Source of the DNA: Candidatus Thorarchaeota archaeon
GTDB lineage: Archaea; Asgardarchaeota; Thorarchaeia; Thorarchaeales; Thorarchaeaceae
Reading direction: 5' to 3'
Assembly: GCA_048884965.1 (NCBI GenBank)
Contig: JBHLQH010000004.1
Span: forward strand, 96,001-160,000
Length of the DNA: 64,000 bases
A program made the translations under genes and the position numbers. The notes under the pieces were generated by a model. It saw only the letters and a list, made by a program, of their open reading frames with translations, was not told the origin of the DNA and did no database searches. This document shows, in pieces, positions 48,852 to 58,428 of this stretch. The stretch's first letter is position 1. Every line of letters begins with the position of its first letter.

Positions 48852-50282
48852 ATGATAAATGGAAAAGACCTAGCAGAGTTCTGTGTTGAGTTCGGACAGA
48901 ATCTCGGTGGCCACTATGTTGAGGCCAGATTCGTTCAAGAAACTGCACGGGGACTAGCCTACAGAAATGGAGCTCCTGTTTCAGGGGGAATGACACCCTC
49001 TGTTGGTATAGGAGTTCGTATCCTCGTTGATGGCAATATGGGATTCGCTTCATTTGATAGATTGGAGAAATCAGTAGCAAAGGAAGCCATCTCAGCCGCT
49101 TACGATATGGCAAAAGCAGCGAAGCGAAAGGACAAGATTGACCTTGGTGATGTTGTTTCGAACAAAGCGAAATGGAGCGTTGACCTGAAACAACGGATTA
49201 AGGATGTTGATATTGATACCTTGATGTCTTTTGCTGATGAGATGAACCAGCAGATGAGCAGCCTAGTTCAGTATACTATGATGTTGAATCCATATGAAAC
49301 TGAGAAGTATCTTGTCACTAGTGAGGGCACACAGATTGAAGGATTCAATTCACATATCAGTATCTTCTTGCTTCTCACTGCAAAAGGAAGGATAGGCAAC
49401 GAACAACGGATGCTTGACATGACCCAATGTGGTGGTTGGGAAAGAATCAAGGAAGGGCAAGTAATAGAAAACCTTGCCGATGAAGTTGCACGATTACAGA
49501 AGGCGGCTGATCTCGCTGTGAATGTTCCCGAATTAATGGAACAACCTATTGACATGGTTGTAGGTCCAGAGGTTGCAGGCATCATCGCACATGAGAACGT
49601 TGGACATCCTTCAGAGGGAGATCGGATCAAAGGTCGAGAAGGAGCGCAAGCGGGAGAGAGCTTCTGGAGAGACCTCAAGATGGGTGAATCACGTGTCGGC
49701 TCAGATGCAGTGACAGTTTCTGAGGACCCAACAATCAAGAACACAGCAGGTTTCTACATCTATGATGACGAAGGAGTCAGAGCAAGAAAAAGAATCCTTA
49801 TCAAGAATGGAATAATCAACGAACCTCTTCTCAATAGAGAGTTCGGAGTTAGATTTGGAATGGGCTCTAATGGTGCTGCCCGTTCAATTGCATACAATCG
49901 GGAACCAATCATTAGAATGGCAAATACATACTTCGAACCTGGTGATCATTCCTTTGAGGAACTAGTTGAAGATGTAAAATTGGGTGTGTATATGCGGTCC
50001 TTCATGGAATGGAATATCGATGACCGTAGATATCAGAGTAAGTACTCAGGCGCAGAATCATATCTAATCAAAGATGGCGAGATAACGGATACAATGGTCA
50101 AACGTCCTGTCCTAGAAACAACAAGTGTTGGTCTTCTCAGCGCGATAGATGCGGTTTCAAAAGACCTTCGATTTGACTTCCCAGGAACTTGCGGAAAAAG
50201 CGATCCTATGCAAGGAGTACCAGTGTATGCAGGAGGAGGCGACATTCGATTCAGAAATATCAAGCTAGGAGGTGTTGGCTAA
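48852..50282 (+). CDS. tldD: TldD metalloprotease subunit
   Basis: AHENVGHPSEGD (HExxxH), YDDEGV, RMANTY, CGKSDPMQGVPV. Confidence 0.93.
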   Translation: MINGKDLAEFCVEFGQNLGGHYVEARFVQETARGLAYRNGAPVSGGMTPSVGIGVRILVDGNMGFASFDRLEKSVAKEAISAAYDMAKAAKRKDKIDLGDVVSNKAKWSVDLKQRIKDVDIDTLMSFADEMNQQMSSLVQYTMMLNPYETEKYLVTSEGTQIEGFNSHISIFLLLTAKGRIGNEQRMLDMTQCGGWERIKEGQVIENLADEVARLQKAADLAVNVPELMEQPIDMVVGPEVAGIIAHENVGHPSEGDRIKGREGAQAGESFWRDLKMGESRVGSDAVTVSEDPTIKNTAGFYIYDDEGVRARKRILIKNGIINEPLLNREFGVRFGMGSNGAARSIAYNREPIIRMANTYFEPGDHSFEELVEDVKLGVYMRSFMEWNIDDRRYQSKYSGAESYLIKDGEITDTMVKRPVLETTSVGLLSAIDAVSKDLRFDFPGTCGKSDPMQGVPVYAGGGDIRFRNIKLGGVG

Positions 50283-51661
50283 TGAGTAATTACGAAGATC
50301 TCAAGACCTACGTCGATGTTGCTGTTGACCATTGTAAAGGCAAAGTTGAGGGTGTAATTGCCCGAGGAATCATGTCATCGGGATCACAGATTCGTTTTAG
50401 TCAGAATGCGATCGACATTGGAAAGCGATGGGATGAGCTGAAGTTGGAATTGTTTGTTATCATCCAAGGTGCGCAGGTAGGATACACAGAGAGATCTGTT
50501 ACTTCCGAAGATGAGGCAAGAAAGGCTGTCGAAGATACAATCACTTTCTCAAAACGCCTACCAGAATCGATGTTCTTTGCAGGTCTTGAGAATGAAACTC
50601 ACAGCTATAGAGACCTCAAAGGGGCTTATGATTCCAAGATAGATGACTTTACTGTCATTGCGCCAGGTTTTGTCAATTCTGCAATCGATGCAGCTGTATC
50701 AGAAGGAGCTAAACGAGTAGCAGGAGCACTAAGATTCTCAAAGGAACATAGCTTCTTCAAATCTAGCTATGGACCTGAAGGCGCCACAAAGATGACTACA
50801 TTCGATATGAATGTGAGAGCCTTTCAGGAAGAGCTAGATCATTCGGGGCAGGGTCTGGAATGTGGTACGATCCCAACTGGTTCGGAGAAAGGAATCGTTG
50901 CTGCGGGAGCCCAAGCAGGCAGGCTATCGAAGGAATCTATTGGCTCTATTCAAGGGGACCCTGGCACCTATGATCTTGTGCTTAGTCCAACTGTTGCGGC
51001 GAATGTCTTAGGAGGGATACCTGATTCAGCCAATCCTTTCATGGTCTTGATTGGTCTTTCTCCCTTAGCAGACAAGATTGGGGAGCAAATAGCTCCTGAG
51101 TTCTTGAGCGTAACTGATAATCCATGGATTCCCAATGGTCTGGCCTGCAGAGCATCAGACTTTGAGGGCACTCCAACTCAGCAGACAGAAATTGTGAAGG
51201 ACGGAGTACTCAGATCATTCATTCACAACACAACCACCGCCAGAATGTATGAAACAGCTTCAACTGGAAGCTCTCAAATGATCGAGCTTGGACAGGGTCT
51301 CAAGATGTTGCTTCCAAATACATCAAATCTAGTCTTTGATAACGGAGACCACAAGTTCGAGGATCTTATCGAGAACTCGAAACCTACAATCTATGTAACA
51401 TGCAACTGGTACACAAGATTCCAAAACTACCAGACAGGGGAGTTTTCTACAATTCCAAGAGATGCAATGTTCCTAATCCAGAACGGAGAAATGAAGCCCA
51501 TCAAGAACCTGAGGATTAGTGATAACACAATGCGAATGTTTGCAAACATTGATGCTCTCGGTAATGATCGGAAACAAATTTTCTGGTGGGAAGTAGCTAC
51601 ACCCACCTTTATCCCATCCATGCGTGTTAAAGATTGCAGAATGTCTGCAGCTACACAATAG
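50282..51661 (+). CDS. pmbA: TldE/PmbA subunit
   Basis: IRFSQN, DFEGTP, WYTRFQNY..G.FST.PRD; no HExxxH; TAATG coupling to tldD. Confidence 0.88.
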   Translation: MSNYEDLKTYVDVAVDHCKGKVEGVIARGIMSSGSQIRFSQNAIDIGKRWDELKLELFVIIQGAQVGYTERSVTSEDEARKAVEDTITFSKRLPESMFFAGLENETHSYRDLKGAYDSKIDDFTVIAPGFVNSAIDAAVSEGAKRVAGALRFSKEHSFFKSSYGPEGATKMTTFDMNVRAFQEELDHSGQGLECGTIPTGSEKGIVAAGAQAGRLSKESIGSIQGDPGTYDLVLSPTVAANVLGGIPDSANPFMVLIGLSPLADKIGEQIAPEFLSVTDNPWIPNGLACRASDFEGTPTQQTEIVKDGVLRSFIHNTTTARMYETASTGSSQMIELGQGLKMLLPNTSNLVFDNGDHKFEDLIENSKPTIYVTCNWYTRFQNYQTGEFSTIPRDAMFLIQNGEMKPIKNLRISDNTMRMFANIDALGNDRKQIFWWEVATPTFIPSMRVKDCRMSAATQ

Positions 51662-51672
51662 TAGAGTATAAT

Positions 51673-51711
51673 CTCAGGTGCCCTTTGTGGCTCCTGAGTT
51701 CCTGATTTTTT
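51673..51711 (+). terminator. Imperfect hairpin + T-tract between tldE and the GTPase gene
   Basis: CTCAGG-T-GCC ... GGC-T-CCTGAG, then TTTTTT at 51706-51711. Confidence 0.45.
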
Positions 51712-52264
51712 AGATGATTGACATCTTACCAAGTGCCACACGGCTCTTGATGGCCGCATTGATGAATAACTCTCCGACATTCTCACCAGTCTTTGCGCTG
51801 GTTTTGTAGAAATCTAGACAGAGCACCTGAGCTAGTTGCTTGCCCTCAGAGAATTCCACCTCAAGGAAATCTGTCATGTCGCACTTGTTCGCTACCAGAG
51901 CTCCATTCACAGGATTCTTGTCGTTCTCACAGAAGCTCAAGGCGAGGTTCTCATACCAATCGATAATCTGATCGAAGGTCTCGCGTTCGGTACTATCATA
52001 AACCAGCATGACATAGTGAGCTCCTTGATAGAACTTCGAACGAAGCATCTTGAAAGATTCCTGTCCACCGAGGTCCACGATACTCAGTACTACAGTACCA
52101 TCAGGAAAGTCCATGTTAGCTGCTTTCATATCAGCTCCTATAGTAGCAGTGTAGGTTTCTAAGAAGATGTCTTCAAGGTACCTTCTAACAAGCGAGCTTT
52201 TCCCCACATTCCTAGGGCCAATAACAATTGCCTTGTATACCTCAGTTGACAAGCTGCCCACCAA
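51710..52264 (-). CDS. Ras-superfamily (Rab-like) small GTPase
   Basis: G1 GPRNVGKS, G2 ATIG, G3 DLGGQ, G4 NKCD, G5 SAK. Confidence 0.93.
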   Translation of the reverse strand: MVGSLSTEVYKAIVIGPRNVGKSSLVRRYLEDIFLETYTATIGADMKAANMDFPDGTVVLSIVDLGGQESFKMLRSKFYQGAHYVMLVYDSTERETFDQIIDWYENLALSFCENDKNPVNGALVANKCDMTDFLEVEFSEGKQLAQVLCLDFYKTSAKTGENVGELFINAAIKSRVALGKMSII

Positions 52265-52369
52265 TAGTTTCTCTGACGTTTCATAGGTATAAGAGGATTC
52301 TTGCCATGTTATCAGGGAGAAAAGACCAATTCAAAATCTTTAGAAGGAACTAGGATAGCGACTTTTGGT

Positions 52370-52843
52370 ATGAAGGCCAATCTTGATGACATAAAGGCAC
52401 GAACAACTGATGTTCTAGGATACTATGAAGCTCTCTCCGGAAAAGATAGAGATATCCTTGAAGAGATGTATGAAGAATACGTATTGAAAGAGGATATCCT
52501 TGACGAGCTGAAAGAGGCTACCAGCAATCTTTGTGTCGTTGTGTTTAGTGCTGCATGGTGCAAGGACTGCAAGAATGCTATGCCCGTCATGCGTCATCTG
52601 CAAGAAAGGATTGGTCTCGATGTAAGAATCTTTGGGACTATCAAGACAGCACCATTAGATCCCAACGTTAAGTGGGCGGTACCACCTTCACCTCCAGAAA
52701 CTAATGAGTGGGGTGTTACGGCGATACCGTACTTCTTCTTCTTCAATAAGGACGATGGAGAGAAGGTGACTGTTCTCATTGAAAAGCCAACCATCAAAGA
52801 AACCCTTGAGGAAGAAATACTCTACGTGCTCAAGCATAAATAG
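52370..52843 (+). CDS. Thioredoxin-family protein
   Basis: WCKDC active site, cis-Pro motif AIP; probable start 52370. Confidence 0.88.
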   Translation: MKANLDDIKARTTDVLGYYEALSGKDRDILEEMYEEYVLKEDILDELKEATSNLCVVVFSAAWCKDCKNAMPVMRHLQERIGLDVRIFGTIKTAPLDPNVKWAVPPSPPETNEWGVTAIPYFFFFNKDDGEKVTVLIEKPTIKETLEEEILYVLKHK

Positions 52844-52888
52844 TAGAATGTATAGAATGCAGTAGTACTACCTTCAGGAGGTAATGAA

Positions 52889-54124
52889 GTGGAGATTCCA
52901 GTACTTACAAGATTTATTGAAGGATTGAAATTATTCTTTGAATCAAAGAGATTGAAATGGCTAACCCTGATTTTCTTTGTAGGAGCAGCTGCGATATATC
53001 TCATGGAGCGGCTGATCAGCTGGGTTCCAGGCGCAGCAATGTTCTTTCTTGCTGTTTCTGCGATATTCCCATTCTTCTGGATGTTGACAACATTTGTGGC
53101 ACTTCTTGGTTTTCAAAGATTTATCGCCAGTGAGGAAACATACTCAAGATCTGCGATTCTTGCAGTAATCTGGATCATTGTCAGTACAGTACTTTTCATT
53201 GTATCATTCTTCTTTGTATGGGGATTGCTATTGGCCATTGTATTTCTAGGATTCTTTGTGTGGATTGGCTTCCAGGGATACTTCTCCACTCGAACAAGTC
53301 TTGGGCTTGCTTCTGGAGTCCAGATAGAACACAGGTCCAAAGCTATGACATTCCTATTTGGATTGGCGAATATCTTCAACTATGCGATTCTGGTGGGAGC
53401 GATAATTGGAACAATCATCTTCATCGGATTCTCTTCCTGGGTAGCGGTTGGATTGGCAGCCATCGGTGCGGGAATTGCGGCATTCTTTAATTTCATCAAC
53501 GGATTGATCATTACGCGGGAGAGGAACAGACAGACAGCAGATAATCTGACACTGCTAGGGCTCTTCATAGCATTATATTCTGGTTATTTCATATACAATG
53601 TCATTAAACCCTTGGATTTAAGCGCAAGAGATATTGTCGGACTACTGGTTACAATCTTCTTCCTTCTCTACACTATGAGTGGTGTGGGCAGAAGTCTTGC
53701 AAGTCGTGCAGAGATGGAATCTAGATTCAAGTTGTCGAAGGAGCTGGCAGCTACCTTTACATTCTTCATTGCCTCATGTTACGTATTTGTGGATGTGATG
53801 TTTACTTTACTACTGACAAATGCAGGCGTTGCTCCAGAGCAAATTGCCCCACTTAGCGATGTGCTAAAGCTCTGGCTATTCCCACTCATCGCCCTGGTTG
53901 TAGAGATTCGATTCGTCTGGAGGTCCCGAAAGGTAACTGAAGCCCCAGAAACTCCTGATGATATCCCAGTGGTTCCAATTGAAGAAACCGTGTCCGATGA
54001 GAAAGGAGAAGTCATCGAAGAAACTACTCACGAAGTGGAAGAGGTTACAGAGGAACCTGAGGAAGATATCCCCGAAGAGGATGACTCCTACGGTGTTGGC
54101 GACCCCGAGGATGACGACATCTAG
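52889..54124 (+). CDS. Polytopic membrane protein with a long acidic C-terminal tail, function unknown
   Basis: About 10 TM segments; E/D-rich last 60 aa; GGAGGT SD before GTG. Confidence 0.8.
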   Translation: MEIPVLTRFIEGLKLFFESKRLKWLTLIFFVGAAAIYLMERLISWVPGAAMFFLAVSAIFPFFWMLTTFVALLGFQRFIASEETYSRSAILAVIWIIVSTVLFIVSFFFVWGLLLAIVFLGFFVWIGFQGYFSTRTSLGLASGVQIEHRSKAMTFLFGLANIFNYAILVGAIIGTIIFIGFSSWVAVGLAAIGAGIAAFFNFINGLIITRERNRQTADNLTLLGLFIALYSGYFIYNVIKPLDLSARDIVGLLVTIFFLLYTMSGVGRSLASRAEMESRFKLSKELAATFTFFIASCYVFVDVMFTLLLTNAGVAPEQIAPLSDVLKLWLFPLIALVVEIRFVWRSRKVTEAPETPDDIPVVPIEETVSDEKGEVIEETTHEVEEVTEEPEEDIPEEDDSYGVGDPEDDDI

Positions 54125-54136
54125 TTGATTTCATAT

Positions 54137-54177
54137 GCTCCAATAGCTAATACTGTTGGAGCTCTTCTCTCTTTTTT
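54137..54177 (+). terminator. Hairpin + pyrimidine/T-tract
   Basis: GCTCCAATAG-N6-CTGTTGGAGC then TCTTCTCTCTTTTTT. Confidence 0.6.
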
Positions 54178-54294
54178 AGAAATGCACCAAAGTACGGCGC
54201 AACCGAAGGCTTTTATCGCATTTACTCCACAACCTAGAAACGGATGAATCGGAATTTATCCGTAAATATGAAGTACAAAAGTGGAGATAGACAC

Positions 54295-54456
54295 ATGGCT
54301 AAATGGGAATGTCTTGTCTGCGGTTGGGTCTACGATGAAGATATTGGCGATCCAGATGGCGGTATCGCTGCTGGCACCAAGTTTGAGGATATACCTGATG
54401 ATTGGGTCTGTCCGATGTGCGGTGCTGCAAAGGAAGACTTCGAGAAGATCGAGTAG
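54295..54456 (+). CDS. Rubredoxin
   Basis: [40 protein letters not shown]; 53 aa. Confidence 0.97.
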   Translation: MAKWECLVCGWVYDEDIGDPDGGIAAGTKFEDIPDDWVCPMCGAAKEDFEKIE

Positions 54457-54469
54457 ACCAATCAGCACA

Positions 54470-54512
54470 GGCCCCTGCAAGACATTCGATAAGGGGCCAT
54501 CCCTTTTCTTTT
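54470..54512 (+). terminator. Hairpin + T-tract after rubredoxin
   Basis: GGCCCCT-N15-AGGGGCC then TTTTCTTTT. Confidence 0.6.
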
Positions 54513-54539
54513 CAATTCAATTGGGCGAGGGCGGAGAAG

Positions 54540-55235
54540 ATACCTGAAAAGACGAAAAACAATAAAGCTGCTTTATGGCTTTCAATTGCCCTAGCTTCCC
54601 TATTGGTTCTTTTAACAGCCGAAAATATCTTCTTTGTAGTAGCTCTTGTAATGATTCCATATCCTCTGTACCTTTTCTTTGGCTATAATGTAATAATGCC
54701 TGTCGAACAAGCATATTACTATCACATGCTATCAAGAATCACGCAATCTATGTTACTTATCGCCATTGCCATCGTGATAATCAATTGGTTACTTTGTTTG
54801 TCACTACTCATAGTTGCAGGACTGCAGTTCATCCTGGTATTTGTGAGAATGAGAGGATTTCTGCTGAATCTGAAAGGCATAGGAGATTGTTGGTTATATC
54901 CCTCAATTCTAATCCCAATCGCGACATTGATCCCGTTGTTCGTATTCAATGAATTTGGAAATCTCCTGTTAGCATATGCATCAATATCGCTTCCGCTATA
55001 TGTGATAGTTGGTATGCTAATCGTATTTCAGAAACCTTGGGAACGAACAGACAAGGATATAGGATACATCAAGACGAAATGCCCAAGATGTAAAAGGACT
55101 TTGAAGATATTCAGAAAGGATGAGGGTGAAACAAGATGTCCCATCTGTGGCTTCAGCCTCCCCATAATTGACCAAGCAATAGATACGTGGGAGAGAGAGG
55201 ATAGGCGAGCAAGGGATTATGATGCGACCAATTGA
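54540..55235 (+). CDS. Membrane protein with a C-terminal CxxC..CxxC zinc ribbon
   Basis: About 6 TM segments; CPRC...CPIC; start uncertain (candidate ATA 54540). Confidence 0.65.
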   Translation: MPEKTKNNKAALWLSIALASLLVLLTAENIFFVVALVMIPYPLYLFFGYNVIMPVEQAYYYHMLSRITQSMLLIAIAIVIINWLLCLSLLIVAGLQFILVFVRMRGFLLNLKGIGDCWLYPSILIPIATLIPLFVFNEFGNLLLAYASISLPLYVIVGMLIVFQKPWERTDKDIGYIKTKCPRCKRTLKIFRKDEGETRCPICGFSLPIIDQAIDTWEREDRRARDYDATN

Positions 55236-55290
55236 TATCGAATTATGAGAAATGCGAAGGGGTTCTATTTGTGTTAGCAGGTCCGTAGTC

Positions 55291-56043
55291 TCATTTTAGA
55301 TGCATAGAAGGAAATAGCTCGAGAAGCTCATCGATATGGTCTATGACAAGGAGATCTTCTGATGCCCATCCTGCTTCCTCTTTATCACACCAGACTATCA
55401 ATATCGGAAGGAATTCTGCTCTTCGTGCGGCACCAACATCATGCTCGACCTTGTCACCAACATAAGCACACTTCTGTGGATTGATCCCCAACTTCGAGGC
55501 AGCTTGCAATAGCATGAATGGAGATGGCTTCCTATAACCAGGAACACAAGAATACTCTACGACATCGAAGAGATGCAAGACATTTGCTGCTTCAAGATGT
55601 GGGATTGGGTCATTACGGCGGTTTGATGCGATTCCTAATTGGTATCCTCTCTCATGCAGTGATTCTAGAACCTCCCTACAAGGTTCTAGGAATTTTGGCT
55701 TGACCGAATCAAATGCATTGGTCCATGCCTTATGAGCTCTAGATGCCATCTTATCGAGATCTCCTTCCACTCCAAGTCTTTCTAGAATCACCCTATCATA
55801 GACGATCGAATCATCAAATGAAGGCAACCAGTATGGATCCACATTGGAATCAACGAGCCTCTGGTCGAACATCCTATCAACTTGTTTCGAAACATCCTCA
55901 ATCTGCTTCTTTGTTAGGTTCGCATACTCCTCAAGTCCAAGCGCATCCAAAATGAAACGGGTCATCAAGATTATCTCGCGAGGGGTGTCATAAAGTGTAC
56001 CACCCATATCGAACACTATTGCTTGAATGTCCTTTAGATCCAT
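55291..56043 (-). CDS. HAD-superfamily hydrolase (subfamily IA)
   Basis: FDMGGTL, IASN, RKPSP, YVGDKVEHDV. Confidence 0.92.
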   Translation of the reverse strand: MDLKDIQAIVFDMGGTLYDTPREIILMTRFILDALGLEEYANLTKKQIEDVSKQVDRMFDQRLVDSNVDPYWLPSFDDSIVYDRVILERLGVEGDLDKMASRAHKAWTNAFDSVKPKFLEPCREVLESLHERGYQLGIASNRRNDPIPHLEAANVLHLFDVVEYSCVPGYRKPSPFMLLQAASKLGINPQKCAYVGDKVEHDVGAARRAEFLPILIVWCDKEEAGWASEDLLVIDHIDELLELFPSMHLK

Positions 56044-56237
56044 ATTTCTACAACTCTCTTACACTCTAATAAGTGAATCAATCTGCTGACTAAAGAAGCA
56101 TGAAGAGCATGGAGAATAGGAACTGATTCACCAAGATAAACCAGATAAGATCTTGCCTATTTGAAAATCATACAAGTATATTCCACATCTATACTCCTGA
56201 AACCAGCACCCTGAAATCCACAGAACACTCTTCCACC

Positions 56238-57923
56238 CTATCTTCGTCTAAGAATGATGAAAACAATGACAACCGCAATCACTGCAACAGTCACACCACC
56301 TAGGACAAGGGGGATGTAAGTAATCCCATAGATGAAGTTGACTGAAAATCGAGAGAATCCAACAAACTCGTTGCCAATCTCGATTTGGAAGTTCGTGGTC
56401 ACCAGGCTGTCATCGAACTCAAGTTCAATATCAGTCGTTACTACTGAGTCTGCATCTATGATAGGAATACTCTCAAGCACGGTTTCGTTCAGTAGCCGAA
56501 TTGAAACGGTATTGATAGTATTGATCCTTGGGCTGAGATCGGTAGCAGTAAGACTAACATTGATAGCAGTAGCATCGCTTGAAGTGGCGTTCAATTGTAC
56601 AGATAGTCGTGGCGTCTGTTCAAGGAGATACTCGAATGAGGGAAGGAGTTCTAACCACAGTCTATTGATAGCGGATTCATAGGGTGAGAAGAGCTCGAAC
56701 ATTCCAGCATATTCTTTGATGACATGAGTAGCGTTCTCCTCTCGAACGAAGTACAAATCCTCTGAGAGGGCTGAGGCATTCTGATAGATTTCAAGAGAAA
56801 TGGGTACTATGCATTCACGAGAGGTGTACATCCATGAGTCCCAACCTCCAGGTGTTGCGGTCATATCTGCGTCCTTTCCCGAGAGAGGGTTGTAATTAGG
56901 ATTGGTAAGAAAACTGGGTGGCAGAATTTCTTGATAATCAGACCACAGTAGTGAATAGAGTTCTTCTTCAGCCCAATTGTTTTCTGCATTCCTTGCAAAG
57001 AGCGTTGCATTGATTCCTGTGTGCAAAGAATAGGCCATTGCAAATCTATGATCGAGAGCGAAGTCTCTGAACGCTCGGGTTTCAGGCTCTGAGAAAGGAG
57101 AAGTGCCATGGTACTGCTGACTTCTCGGTTCTGTGAGAGATGGATGATCAAGGTCCCAATCAGCATCATAGTTCCTGTTTATGTCAACATAACCAACGAC
57201 ATCCTCGTTCACCAAACCATCGCCATCGCTATCAATACCCTCATAGTAATCGTATAGCCAGTTTAGTCCTCCTTCCCCATCCTTCTCATATACCTCGTAG
57301 AGGGAGATACGGCCATCACCATCGACATCCTCGAAATCGTCCTCATCGAATAGGCCATCACCATCATCATCATACGGGTGCATATTCTTCCTAAGGAATG
57401 GAGAACCAGTTATGTAGATCCAGTCGAGAGTCTCGGGGTTGAGAGTAGGAATAACATAGATTTCCTGAGTGTCGACAAATTGAGTTATCGAATCATCTAC
57501 ACCATAGTTATTGACCAACCAGAGTACGAAGCGCAAAGCGACTTCCACAGTTACCTTCTCTCTCCCGTGATGGTGAGCGACAACTAGTGTCTTCGCCTTC
57601 TGTTGAGGAGCATTCTCATTTGTTATACACACGCTATTAATGATGAAGTTATGATAGGATTGACCAATCTCCTCGACATTGATGAGACTGGGCACATTAA
57701 GTTGGATATTCTCAAGCTCCTCCTCAAGCATTGATACATTATGATATTCATCAGGATAGAGCAACTGCACATCATTCCATGTCCTGTTGATTGAGGGGGT
57801 TTGAACAGGTAGGATAAGCGGTGTTACAGCTCCGGCGAATGTTGGAGTGTATATCAAGGGCAGAAGTATCAAAGTTAGAGCGCTGAGCAGAATAGCTCGA
57901 TTTCCAAGTCTATATGAGTTCAG
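56238..57923 (-). CDS. Secreted, membrane-anchored M14 zinc carboxypeptidase with an Asp-rich DxDGDG insertion
   Basis: HHGRE, RKN, DINRNY, PFSEPET, SLHT, SLEIY; C-terminal TM helix + RRR; AAGGAGG SD suggests CTG 57923. Confidence 0.9.
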   Translation of the reverse strand: MNSYRLGNRAILLSALTLILLPLIYTPTFAGAVTPLILPVQTPSINRTWNDVQLLYPDEYHNVSMLEEELENIQLNVPSLINVEEIGQSYHNFIINSVCITNENAPQQKAKTLVVAHHHGREKVTVEVALRFVLWLVNNYGVDDSITQFVDTQEIYVIPTLNPETLDWIYITGSPFLRKNMHPYDDDGDGLFDEDDFEDVDGDGRISLYEVYEKDGEGGLNWLYDYYEGIDSDGDGLVNEDVVGYVDINRNYDADWDLDHPSLTEPRSQQYHGTSPFSEPETRAFRDFALDHRFAMAYSLHTGINATLFARNAENNWAEEELYSLLWSDYQEILPPSFLTNPNYNPLSGKDADMTATPGGWDSWMYTSRECIVPISLEIYQNASALSEDLYFVREENATHVIKEYAGMFELFSPYESAINRLWLELLPSFEYLLEQTPRLSVQLNATSSDATAINVSLTATDLSPRINTINTVSIRLLNETVLESIPIIDADSVVTTDIELEFDDSLVTTNFQIEIGNEFVGFSRFSVNFIYGITYIPLVLGGVTVAVIAVVIVFIILRRR

Positions 57924-58019
57924 GATGCATTGCCTCCTTAAATGGAGTTCATCTACGATAGTGCTTGAGATATTTAACACTTCTGAGATTTCCAGAAACT
58001 AGTATGGATTGTATAATGC

Positions 58020-58319
58020 CTAATCACGCACACCTAGAATGACCAAATCCTCTAATGCTTGAATGCCGCGCATCTTATTCGCTTCCATAGCTATGAATTG
58101 ATCCTGACCAAGCTCTACTTTTTCATCACCATTTGTGATAATTGCACGTCCTTTCAAAACCAAGAAGAATGCAGAATGATTCGCTTCATGTGGAGGAATT
58201 TGAGCTCCTTTCCCAAGAACGATTCGCATGATTTTGTACTTCGCAGTTTGAGCTAGTGGTTTAGCATCTGGACCCTTTGATGAGAATACCAGATTTTCAA
58301 ATAGATTACCTTGAGTCAT
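58020..58319 (-). CDS. Cupin-domain protein
   Basis: GAQIPPH...FLVLKG; 99 aa. Confidence 0.82.
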   Translation of the reverse strand: MTQGNLFENLVFSSKGPDAKPLAQTAKYKIMRIVLGKGAQIPPHEANHSAFFLVLKGRAIITNGDEKVELGQDQFIAMEANKMRGIQALEDLVILGVRD

Positions 58320-58428
58320 GTGATTTCACTAATGAGCACTCAGAGCCATTCAATATAAACAATAGTTAATATACCAACTCGAATGAAATATTAATCTCGA
58401 TTCCCGCTAATCTTTTACTGTTGGAGTA

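Noticed and set aside
54470-54498. Possible SECIS element (this and the other hairpins)
   Set aside because: No gene with an in-frame TGA at a Cys position, and the stems lack recognisable SECIS motifs.
54402-54539. ORF overlap suggesting rubredoxin readthrough or frameshift fusion to the downstream membrane protein
   Set aside because: Different frame, intact rubredoxin stop, and an intervening hairpin/T-tract; no slippery site is evident.
57140-57394. His-rich 84-aa ORF on the plus strand
   Set aside because: Antisense shadow of the Asp-rich (GAT/GAC) insert of the M14 gene.
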